NCBI RefSeq assembly: GCF_036321535.1
Contig: NC_087437.1
Coordinates: 50,408,001-50,472,000 of the forward strand
Length of the DNA stretch: 64,000 bases
Reading direction: 5' to 3'
Source of the DNA: Camelus dromedarius
Lineage: Eukaryota
In this document: in pieces, positions 52,447-64,000 of the stretch
Numbering within the stretch: the first letter of the stretch is position 1
How the letters are laid out: each line of letters starts with the position of its first letter
Position numbers and translations under genes: made by a program
Notes under the pieces: model-generated
The model's database searches: none
What the model saw: only the letters and a program-made list of their open reading frames with translations
Told to the model about the DNA's origin: nothing

Positions 52447-53222
52447 TAAAAAAATTGAAAGCCACACTGAAAGGCAAAAAGCATTTGAAGAGAGAGCAAA
52501 CATCAGAATCTGGCATAACAGAGATGTTGGAGTTCTGAGGCTGAGAAGTTAAAACAACTATAATTAATATGCTACAGGCTCTAATTGGTGATATAGATAC
52601 CTGCAAAAATGGGCAATATAAACAAAGAGAAATCCTAACAAAAATGTTAGAGATTTAAAAACAGGAAAAGAGGTGAAGAATGCCTTTCATGGGCTTATTA
52701 GTAGGCTGGACATAGCTGACAAAACAATCTCTGACTAGGGTATATATCAACAGAATCCTCAAAAACTGAAAAGTAAAGATAAAGAATGAAGGGGAAAAAT
52801 AACACTATATCCAAGTACTATGGGACAAATGCAGAAGGTATACATATAATGGTAATCCCTAAAGAAGAAACAGAGAAAGAAAGAGATGAAATATTTGAAC
52901 AATAACTACAGATTTTCCTCAAAATTAAAGTCAGACACCAAACCACAGATCCAGGAAACTCAGAACATGAAGCAAGTTACATGCCAGAAATGCTATAGTT
53001 AGGCATTTTCAAACTATGGAAAATAAGGTAATGAAAAAAGTAATCTGGACAAAGCCAGAGGTAAACATTTTACCAACAGACAAAGATAAGGATTACCTCT
53101 TACTTTTCTTCAGGAACCAGGCAAGCAAGCAAGAAATAGAGTGATTTAAAATGTTGAGAGAAAAATATCACCAACCTAGATTTCTGTACCCTGCAAAACT
53201 ATTCTTTCAAAAGCAAAGGAGT

Positions 53223-53346
53223 GGGGAAGGTATAGCTCAGTGGTAGAGTCCATGTTTATCATGCATGAGGCCCTAGGTTCAATACCCATTACCTCCATTA
53301 AAAATAAATAAATAAATATGTCCTCTACCCTCCAAAAAATAATTTT
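53223..53346 (+). mobile_element. tRNA-derived SINE (vic-1-like) inserted in L1 ORF1
   Basis: GGGGAAGGTATAGCTCAGTGGTAGAG...GGTTCAATACCC..ACCTCC..AATAAATAAATAAA; TSD aaagcaaaggag / aaagtgaaggag. Confidence 0.85.
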
Positions 53347-54564
53347 TAAAGTGAAGGAGAAATAAATACTTTCTCAAACAAAAATTGATGGAATTACCAT
53401 CTAAGTTATACATCAATAAAACTTAAAAATCTTATGTGGATTATAGAGCCACTCCATATTTTTTTTTAATGTGATGGAATTTGTTGCCAGTAGGTTCACC
53501 ATGCAAGAAATGTTAAAAGAAGTTCTTTAGAGAAAAGGAATGAAATATATGTCAAGAACTCAAATCTACATAAAGTAAGGAAGAACAGTGAAGAAGGAGT
53601 AAGTGAAGGTAAAGTAAAAACTTACACTTTTCTTATACTTAATTAATCTAACAGATAAAGTTTGTTCCACATACAATGTATTTGATTATGTATACTTATG
53701 TATATATGTTATGAACGTTTATGTAGGCAGATATATGTGTGTGTGCATGCTTATCTATAAGTGAAATGACTGACAGCAGTGATACAAAGGACAGGAAGGA
53801 TTTAGGATTATTTTGTTACAGTAAGATAAGCTAACTGGGAAGTGTTATTTGAAAGTTAACTTGGATTAGCTATATTTATAAAAGTGGAAAAATGTATAAC
53901 TAATATGCTAAGAAAGGAGAGAACTGGCATTGTAGAAAATGTTGAAAACTATAAAAGCTAGAAAAAGAATGAAAGACAAAAATAGAAACAAAGGACAAGA
54001 GCAACAAATAGAAAACAGTAATGAATATGATAGATAGATACAACTGATCAGTAATCACTTTGAATGTCATTTGTCTAAAGTACCAATAAAGTACCAATTA
54101 AAAGATAGAGATTGTCAGAGTGGATCAAAAACCAAGATCCCAACTGTATGTGGTCTACAAGAAACCCAATTTAAATGTAAAGACATGTATAGATTTAAAA
54201 TAAATGGACAGAGAAAAATATACCATGCTAATGCTAATTAAAAGAAATTAAGACCAGCTATATAATTTTCAAGAACAGACTTAAAAGCAAGGAAAGTTAT
54301 CAGTGATAAAGAAGGGCATTAAATAATGATAAAGGGATCAATTCTCTGAAAAGATAAAACAATTTTAATGTGTATGTGTCTAACAACAGAGCATCAAACT
54401 ATGTGAAGCAAAAACAGTGAATTTACATATTTCTCTTTGCAATTTTATCAGAGTTGGAGATTGCAATACCCTGAATCAGAAATGGATAGATCCAACAGGC
54501 CGAAAATCAGGAAGGATACAGTTAAACATCATCATCAATCAGCTGGGTATAATGGACATCTATA

Positions 54565-56487
54565 TTGGCTTCACAAGTAAATTCTACCAATTAGAGACAA
54601 GTTAACACCTATCCTTCTGAAACTATTTCAAACAATTGCAGAGAAAGGAACACTTCTGAACTCATTCTCTGAGGCCAACATCACCCCGATAACCAAAATG
54701 AAAGATATCACAAAGGAAATTACAGGCCAGTATCGCTGATGAACACAGAAGCAAAAACCCTCAACAATATACTAGTAAACTGACTCCGACAATACACTAA
54801 AAGGATCATATACCATGATCAAGTGGGATTTATTTCAAAGATACACCACATGAATAAATCGAATAAAAGCCATCTGATCATCTCAAAAGATGCAGAAAAA
54901 GCTTTTGATTGATAAAGTTCAACATCCATTTATGATATAAACTCTCCAGAAAGTGGGCATAGGGGGAACACACCTCAACATAATAAAGCTCATATTTGAC
55001 AAACCTCCAGCTAACATCATACCCAACAATGAAAAGCAGAAAGCATTCCCTCTAAGATCAGGAATAAGACAAGGATGCCCACTCTGACCACTTTTATTCA
55101 ATATTGTTTAGAAAGTCCTAGCCACAGCAATCAGAAAAAAAGGAAATATAAGGATTACAAATTGGAAAAGAAGAAGTAAAACTGTAACTTTTTGCACATG
55201 ACATGATTCTATACATAGAAAATCATAAAGATGCTACCAGAAAACTAGAGTTCATCAATGAATTTGGAAAAGTTGCAAAGAGAAATTAAGGAAAGAATTT
55301 CACTTACCATCACATCAAAAAGAATAAAATGCCTGGAAATAAACCTAGGGAGGCAAAAGATCTGTAGTCTGAAAACTATAAGACACTGATCAGATATTGA
55401 AGAGGAAACAAACAGATGGAAAGATATACCATGTTCTTTGATTGGAAGAATTACTATTGTTAAAATGACCATATTGCCTACCCCTGGCAATCTACAGGTT
55501 CAGTACAATCCCTATCAAATTGCCAATGATATTTTTCACAGAATTGAAACAAAAAATTGTTAAAATTTGTATGGAAACCCATAACAATGTTGAGAAAGAA
55601 CAGAGCTGGAGGAATCATGCTCCCTGACTTCAGGCTATGCTACAAAGCTATGGTAATGAAAAAAGCATGCCAGTGGCACAAAAACAGACACATAGTTCAA
55701 CAGAACAGGATAGAAAGCCCAGAAATAAAGCTGTGCAGTTATGGTCAATTAATCTACAACAAAGAGGCAAGAGCATACAATGGAGAAAAGACACTTTCTT
55801 CAATAAGTGGTGCTGTGAAAAACTGGATAGTTACATATAAAAGGATTAAATTGGAACATTCTCTAACACCATGTGCAAAAATAAATTCAAATGGATTAAA
55901 GACACAAATGTAAGGCCAGATACTATGAAATTCCTAGAGGAAAACACAGGCATGTCACTCTGACATAAATTGCAGCAATATATTTTTAGATACATCCCCT
56001 AGTGTAATGGAAACAAAAGCGAGAATAAACAAATGGGTTATAATTAAATTTAAAAGATTTTGCACAGCAAAGGAAGCCATCAATAAAATGAAAAGACATC
56101 CTACGGAATGGGACAAAATATTTGCAAATGATGTGACCAACAAGGGGTTAATTTCTCAAGTATATGAAGAGCTCATGCAGGTAGATATAAAAACGGCCAG
56201 CCCAATACAAAAAATGGGCAGAATACCTAAATATACATTTCTCCAAAGAAGACATACAGATGGCTAACAGACAAATGAAAAGATGCTCTATATCGCTAAT
56301 TATTTGAGAAATGCAAATCAAAACTGCAATGAGATGTAACTTCACACCAGTCAGAATGGCCATCATCAGAAAGTCTACAAATAATAAATACTAGAGAGGC
56401 TGTGGAGTAAAAAGGCCCTTCCTACACTGTTGGTGGGACTGGAATTGTGTGACCAGCATGGAACAGTATGGAGGTTCCTTAAACTGA
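54565..56487 (+). mobile_element. Internal LINE-1 ORF2 segment (RT to near C-terminus), no 3'UTR or tail
   Basis: ORF2p fragments in the track (KNRAGGIMLPDFRLCYKA; KFKRFCTAKE); bounded by GGACATCTA repeats. Confidence 0.8.
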
Positions 56488-57509
56488 GGACATCTAAAGA
56501 CTTACTTATCCAACAACAATACAAATTCTTCTCAAGCTCGCATGAAACATTCACCAAGATAGACCACGTTCAGGGACATAAAACACCTTAACAAATTTAA
56601 AAACAGAAATCATGTAATGTCTGCTTTCAGACTTCGGTACAATTAAACTAGAAGACAGTAACAGGAAGATAACTGGAAAATCCTAAAATATATGGAGATT
56701 AAGCAACCCATGGGTCAAAGAAGAAATTTTTAAAAATATTTTGAACTAAATGAAAACACAACTTATCAAAATTTGTGGGATGCTGCAAAAGCAATGCTTA
56801 TATTAGAAAAGAAGAAAATGCATATATAAGAAAAGAAGATCTAAAATCAATAATCTTATTTTCCACCTTAGGAAAGCAGAAAAATAAGAGCTCATTAAGT
56901 CAAAAGTGAGCAAAAGAATAAGAATTAAAGCAGGTATCAATTTTAAAAAATCAATGAAATTAAAATTTGATTCTTTGATAAGAACAATAAAATTGATAAG
57001 TCTCTAGCCAGGCTAAATGACAGAAAAAGGACATAAATACTAATATTAGAAACAAAAGAGGATATATCACTACAGATTCCAAAGACATTAACAGTAGAAT
57101 AGAGGAATATTATGAACTCTGTTGCCACAAATGTGATAACCTAGATTAAATGGACCAATTCCTTTAAAGACACAATTGACCAAAACTCACACAAGAAGAG
57201 ATAGACCATCTGAATAGTCCTAAAGAAATTGAATCAATCATTAATAACCTTCCAAAACAAAAAGCAGCAATCCCAGATGGGTTCTCTGGTAGATTCTAAC
57301 AAACATCTAAGGAAGAAATTATTCTCTACAGTCTCTTTCAGAAGATCGAATCAGAGGGAATATTTCATAACTCATGAGCCCAAGATTACCCTAATACCAA
57401 TACCCTATTATCAACACCTGATAAAGACATTATAGGCATTATAGAAAAAAATAATACAGACTAACACCTCTCATGAACATGGATGTAAAATCCTTAATAA
57501 AATTTTAGT

Positions 57510-59250
57510 GTATCAGGAGGGGTGATGTTACCCTCATGGCAGCTTGAGTCATTTCCTTTTCCCTTCCCCATTGATTGACAACTAATTTGATAACCCAAAC
57601 CCAAATAAGTACCCCTGCAGAACACACCAGACTACCTGAGAGATCCATCCATCTGTTCACCCAAAAGTGGGTGAACCTAAGAGGAGGCTGAGGACCCAGT
57701 AGCGTAGTGGCAGGAGGGGCGACGGTGGGCCAGCAGCCGGCATGACCTTCCTCCTGGAGGTGGAGTTTAAAGGTGGAAAGTGAGGGGTCTTAATGGCCAC
57801 ACATGCTCCAGGTGGAGGAGCCCATTACCCTCCTTGCAGTGACTGGGACGAGGGGAACGAAAAATAAAAAGGCAAAGAGAAATGAAAGGATGCACTTCCT
57901 GCTGTCTGCCCACAGACCTCTGAGATCCCCTCACACAATCAAGGATCCCCCTACCCATCTGTGTACACACCCAAAGCCCCAAATGCCAAGCATACACCTA
58001 CCCCAACCCTGCTGTTACCCTTTTTCTTCCTTTTCTCTCTGCCAGCTTTTTTCTTACACGCACACTCCCAACCTTAGTAGTCAGTCATCTTTGGGAAGAG
58101 AAATAAAAAACTTGTGCTATAGTGTCATATTCTGAAAAACAAAAGGAAGATTCCTAATTACCAACCTGTTTAACTGTTAGAATCAAAGTAAACAAAGCCT
58201 TACCTAAATTAAAAAGGTGTTCTCTACTTCAAATGGAGTGACAGAGGTACTTTTTATCATACACTACTGAAAAATCATGATATTACAATATCACAGAAGA
58301 AGATGACAATTTTACCAAAACTGAACCCAAAGACGTGGGATATTATGATTTAACTGATAAAGAATTCAAACTAGCTGTTATGAAGAAATTCAGTAAGCTA
58401 CAAGAAAACTCAGAAAAGTAATACAATGATTTCAGGGATAAAATTAATGAACAGAAGGAGTACTTTACCAAAAAGATTGAAATTTTTAAAAAGAACAAAA
58501 GAAATTCTGGGGCCTAAGAAGTCAATAAATGAGATAAAGACTGAGCACTGGAAATAGAGCAGATCAGATGGAGGAAAGAATAAGTGATCTCACAGATAGC
58601 AATATAGAAGTGTTTCATGTGGAAGAAGAGAGAGAACTAAGTTTTTTAAAGGGAAGGAAACTTACAAGAACTTTCTGACTTCATTATAAAAGCCAACATA
58701 GGATTAAGGGGTATTCCAGAAGAAGCAGAGAGCATGCTTGAAGAAATAGCTGAGAACTTTCCAAAACTGAGTAAGGAACTAAATATAGTAGTCCACAAAG
58801 CTAACAGAACACTTACCTCAATGAAAAAAGACCTCCAAAAAACATTAAAAATGTTAAAATGACTGATAAAGAATTTTTAAAGAGCCAGTTAAAAATGGCA
58901 GTAACCTACAAAGGAACCTGCGTTATGCAATTGGCAAATTTCTCAGCAAAAATTCTACAGGCCAGGAGGGAGTGGAGTGATATATTCAAAGTATTGAAAG
59001 ATTAAAATTGTCAGTCAAGAAGCCTCTATCCAGCAGTTATCCTTCACATATGAAGGAGAAATGAAGGCTTTCCCAGACAAAACCCGAGGTAGTTTACCAC
59101 CACCATACCTCCCTCATGAGAAATGTTGATAGGAGCTCTTCAAGATGAAATGAAAAGACAAAAGTACACAAAATTAAGGTGATAAATAGAATACTTTAAG
59201 AACAGTATATTAAACAATTATAAAGGTTAAAAGGAGAACAACATTAAAAA
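57510..59250 (+). mobile_element. LINE-1 5'UTR + degenerate ORF1 (separate copy)
   Basis: GC-richer 5'UTR-like segment, then ORF1 phrases (gataaagaattcaaa.tagctg; ctacaggccaggagggagtgg; gaaggagaaat.aaggctttcccagac). Confidence 0.7.
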
Positions 59251-59254
59251 TAAA

Positions 59255-62200
59255 TACGCTGTGGATCTGGGTGCATGACTGCACATGCACAACAGCAGGT
59301 TATGGTATCTGAAACTATCAGGTCTGCACTCACAGCTTTGTGCCTGCGGAGCCTGGGTGACACCAGAGTGGGTTACCAGCATTCCTACAGCTGAGGCAGA
59401 GACAAAGGCAGCATCAACAAAGTGTACTTTGTGAGCACCCACCCCACCCCTCTGCAGTGAATGACAGGCAATACTAGAGGGCACTTCCTTGTGTACATCT
59501 CCTGCAGAGGAATACTCAGCAGCTCCTCACCCAGTGGAAGCACTGCAGTCCTGCCTACCACACACCATAGCTCTGAAATGGATCTGGGGGCCTCTATTCC
59601 AATAACAGGGGAGCAGACCCAACCTCTAACAGGGCTAGGATAACCACAGAGCAAAGAGGAGGCCCTACTTAACCAGTGCAGGCTCTGGTCACCACAACAC
59701 CAGTCACACCCCCAATCAAGGGGATAACAGCCAGCACACACACAAGAAAGATGTGGGGGCTATTAATACTAAAAACAGCCCTTGCAACAAAAATATCAAA
59801 TGCACACAGTCTACACAAGGACACCCCCACATGCAAACAGTCCTTCAAGACTATAGTAGATAACTGTTACTCCTAAATTCATAGTGAGAGAAATAAAGTA
59901 AAATGAAGAAGCTGAGAAACCACTCCCAATTAAAAGAACAAAAGAAGTTTCCTGAAAGAGCAAACAATGAAGTAGACTTCTATAGTCTACCAGAACCTAA
60001 GTTCAAAAAGGAGATGATAAAAGCACTGAAGGAAATAAGAGACTGTTGATAGAAATGCATTATCCTATAAAAAGTAAATAGAAACAATAAAGAGGAGCCA
60101 ATTAAAATCAGAAAACTCAATTGCTGAGGTAAAAGCCAAGCTGAAGGCAATCAATAGCAGACAAAATAATGCAGAAGAATGAATAATTTAGAAGATAGAA
60201 TAATGGAAATCACCCAGTTAGAACAGCAGACAGAGAGACATGAAATATAAAATGAAAAAGAAAAGAAAAAAGGAAAAGAAAATGGAAGCAATTTAAGGTA
60301 CCTATGGGATAACAGAAAGCATGCCAATCTATGTATAATAGGGGTACCAGAAGAAAGAGAAGCGGTGGGGGAGGGGGGGTGAAAAACATATTTGAAGGAA
60401 TTATGTCTGAACATTTCTCAAACCTAAAGAAGAAAACAGATTTCCAGGTACTAGAAGCACAGAGGGTCCCAAACAAGATGAACTCAAACAGACATACATC
60501 AAGACATTATAATTAAGATGGCCAAATTTAAAGACAAAGAAAAGACTCTCAAGGCAGCAAGAGAAAAACAAAGAGTTAGTTACAATGGAACCCTCATAAG
60601 GCTATCACACATAGATTGAATGTGAGAGGATATAAAAATATATTTCATGCAAATGGAAATGACAAGGATGTGGTGGCAGTTAATACTTAAAGAGACAAAA
60701 TAGACTTTAAAGCAAAGGCCATAAAGGAAGGTAAAGAAGAACACTATATAATGATAAGTGAAGAAATACAAGAAGAGAATATTACACTCATTAACATATA
60801 TGCACCCAATATAGGAACACCTAAATACATAAAACAAATACTAACACATAAAAGGAGAAATTGATGGAAATACAATAATAGTATGAGATTTTAACACCCT
60901 AGTAACATCACTGGACAGATCTTCCAGATGGATAATCAATAAGACATATTACATCCAAAGACAACAGAATAAATATTCTTTGCAAGTGTACATGGAACAT
61001 TCTCTAGGAGAGACCACATACTCAGACACAAAACAAGCCTCAACAAATTCAAGAGGATAGAAATTATTTCAAGCATCTTTTCTGAGTAAATGGCATGAAA
61101 CTACAAATCAATCACAAAGAAAAATGAGGGAAGACTGCATAGAGACTAAACAACATGCTACTAAAAAGCCAATGGGTCAATGAAGAAATCAAGGGGAATT
61201 AAAATATACCTTAAATAGATGACAATGAAAACATAACCACACAAAATCTATGGGATGCAGCAAAAGCAGTCCTAAGAGTGAAGTTCAATTAATACAGGCC
61301 TTTCTCAAAAAATAAGAATCTGAAATAAACAACCTACCTACCCTCCAAAAGAATTAGAAGCAGAAGAACAAACAAAACCTAAAGTTAGCAGAAGGGTAAA
61401 AATAATAAATATCAGGGAGGAAATAAATAAAATAGAGTTGTTTTTTTTTTAAGTAAGAAAAAATCAGTCAAACTAAGAGCTGGCTTTTTGGAACAGTAAA
61501 CAGAATTAAAAAGTCTCTGGCCAGCCTCACCAGGAAGAAAAGAGAGGACACAAATAAACAAAATAAGAAATGACAATGGAGAAATTACAACCAACATCAC
61601 AGAAATACCAAAAACAAAAAAAAAACAAAAAACTTAAGAGATTACTATGAACAACTATACAGCAACAAATTGGACAACCTAGAAGAAATGGACAAGTTTC
61701 CAGAAACAGATTCCACCAAAACTGAATCCCAGGACCGGATGGTTGCACTGGGGAATTTGACCAGACATAGAAAGAATTTATACCAATACTTCTTAAATTC
61801 TTCCAAAAGATTGAAGAGGAGGGAAAACTCCCAAACTTATTCTATGAAGCCACCATTATCCTGACACCAAAACCAGACAAAGACACTACCAAGAAAGAAA
61901 ATTACAGGCCAATATCATTGATAAATGTAGATGCAAAAATTCTCAACAAAATATTAGCAAACCTAATCCAAAAATACATTAAAAAATTATACACTATATT
62001 TAAAAGTTGGATTCATCCCAGGGACACAAGGATGGTTCAACATACACTAATTAATGTGACACCACATCAACAAAAGGGGGGGGAATCACATGATCATCTT
62101 AATAGATGCAGAAAAAGCTTTTGATAAAATTCAACACCGTTTATGAAAAAAACTCTTACCAAAATGGGTATAGAGGGAACATATCTCAACTAATAAAAGC

Positions 62201-64000
62201 TACTTATGACAAACCAACAACCAACATAATATTCAATGGTGAAAAGTTGAAAGCCTTCCCGCTAAAATCTGGACCAAGACAATGATGCCCATTCTCACTT
62301 CTATTCAACATAGTATTGGAAGTCCTAGCCATAGCAATCAAACAAGAAAAAGAAAGAAGACATCCAAATTGGAAAAGAACAGATACAATTGTCACTATAT
62401 GTAGATGAGATGATAATACATAGAGAAAACCCTAAAGACTCCACACAAAAACTACTAGAATAAATGAATTCAGCAAATTTGCAGGATACAATGTTAACAT
62501 ACGGAAGTCTGTTGCATTTTGTTACACTAACAATAAAATATCAGAAAAGTTTTTAAAAATCCCTTTTAAAATCACATAAACAATAATATACCTAAGCCTG
62601 ACCAAGGAGGCAAAAGACTTATACACAGAGAACTATAAAACGTTGATTAAAGAAATTAAAGGTGATTTAAAGAAGTAGAAAGATATCTCATGCTCTTGGA
62701 TTGGAAGGATGAATATTATTAAAATGGCAAAACTACCCAAAGCAATCTACAGATTTAATGTAATTCCTGTCAAATTACCTGGGACATTTTTCACAGAACT
62801 AGAATAAATAATCCTAAAATCTACATGGAACCACAAAAGACCCAGAAATGCCAAAATAATACTCAAGAAAAAGAAAAACAGTAGAGGAATAACCCTCCCA
62901 GACTTCAAACAATACTACAGAGCTACAGTAATCAAAATAGCATGATACTGGCACAAAAACAGACACTATGGATCAATGGAACAGAATAGAGAGCCCAGAA
63001 ATAAATCCACACACCTATGGTCAATTAATCTTCAGCAAAGAATCAAGAATGTACAATGGAGAAAAGACAGCCTCTCCAGCAAGTGGTATTGGGAAAGTTG
63101 GACACCTGCATGAAAATCTGTGGAGTTAGAACACTCCCTCACACCATACACAAAAATAAACTCAAAATGGCTTAAAGGCTTAAACATAAGACAAGACGCT
63201 ATAAACCTCTTAGAAGAAAACAGGCAAAACATTCTCTAACATAAATCTTAACAATGTTCTCATAGGGCAGTCTACCAAGCCAACAGAAATAAAAGGAAAA
63301 GTTAACAAATGGGACCTAATTAAACATAAGCTTTTGCACAGCAAAGAAAACTGAATGAAAAGCCAGGAAAATGTCCTGGCTTTTCATTCAAAAGCCATTT
63401 TCCTGGCTTTTCATTCAAAGAGAACAAAGTGAAAAACCAACCTACTGAATGGGAGAAAGTATTTGCAAACAATGCAAATGACAAGGGCTTAATTTCCAGA
63501 ATATACAAACTCAGTAACAAAAAAATAATCAACCCAATCAAAAAATGGGCAGAAGACCTAAATAAGCAATTTTTCCATTGAAGACATACAAACGGCCAAT
63601 AGGCACATGAAAAAATGCTCAATATGGCTAACTACTTGAGAAATGAAAATCAAAACTACAATGAAGTTTTACCTCACTAGTCAGAATGGCCATTATTAAA
63701 ATGTCCACAATAAATGCTGGAGATGCTGTGGAGAAAAGAGAACCCTCCTACACTGTTGGTGAGAATCTAGTTTTAGTGCAGTCATTATGGAAAACAGTAT
63801 GGAGATTTCTTTAAAAACTAAAAATAGACTTACCATATGATCCAGCAATCCCAGTCTTGGGCATATATCCAGAGGGAACTCTTAATTCCAAAGGTAACAT
63901 GCACCCCAGTATTTATGGCAGCACTGTTTACAATAGCCAACCTAAATTCCCGTCAACAGATGAATGGATAAATAAGATGTGGAATGTAAACACACACACA
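59255..64000 (+). mobile_element. Near full-length but internally deleted, dead LINE-1 (runs off the window)
   Basis: 5'UTR, ORF1 start ATGAAGAAG at 59903, ORF1 peptide (EAQRVPNKMN), ORF2 peptides ([22 protein letters not shown]); multiple deletions and stops. Confidence 0.88.

Larger units (their letters stand above)
51530..57508 (+). mobile_element. Older LINE-1 (5'UTR, ORF1, ORF2 5' part) hosting three later insertions
   Basis: ORF1-like region ~52450-53520; endonuclease-domain phrases from ~54050; resumes after 56488; degenerate. Confidence 0.75.

Noticed and set aside
53223..53295. tRNA-like sequences (also near 8835-8906 and 28125-28197)
   Set aside because: They have AT-rich tails, TSDs and degenerate arms, so they are SINEs rather than tRNA genes.
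57700..57900. GC-richer stretch resembling a promoter
   Set aside because: Lies within an L1 5'UTR-like segment, has few CpGs and is not a CpG island.
41093..63622. Many 60-150 aa ORFs in the distal third
   Set aside because: Fragments of L1 ORF1/ORF2 or their antisense frames; no intact L1 ORF and no host gene visible.

Overview
Mammalian genomic DNA, probably camelid (inferred from three copies of a vic-1-like tRNA-derived SINE). Positions 1-~40150 hold the 3' half of the P4-ATPase phospholipid flippase gene ATP11B on the + strand. I resolved 11 canonical coding exons by hand (2112-36565, all GT-AG and phase-consistent) plus a ~3.6 kb 3'UTR with a distal AATAAA at 40129. The most interesting biology is the 17 kb between the last transmembrane exon and the terminal exon. 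It contains extra cassette or terminal exons (21695-21780, 24705-24830, weaker candidates at 19924 and 21322/21344), a dual-frame penultimate exon, and a read-through tail with an intronic poly(A) signal. Together these could encode five or more cytoplasmic C-termini, several placed to escape NMD. Positions ~41000-64000 are a nested pile of dead LINE-1 copies (minus strand, then plus strand). Small mutational fossils include a poly(A)-only insertion, an L1 3' transduction, a tailless L1, a 70-bp templated duplication in the 3'UTR and a triple inverted-repeat insertion. Most ORF-track entries are noise or L1 debris. No rRNA, true tRNA gene or CRISPR array was seen. Repeat family names come from recalled consensus similarity, not a database search, and old-repeat boundaries are approximate.
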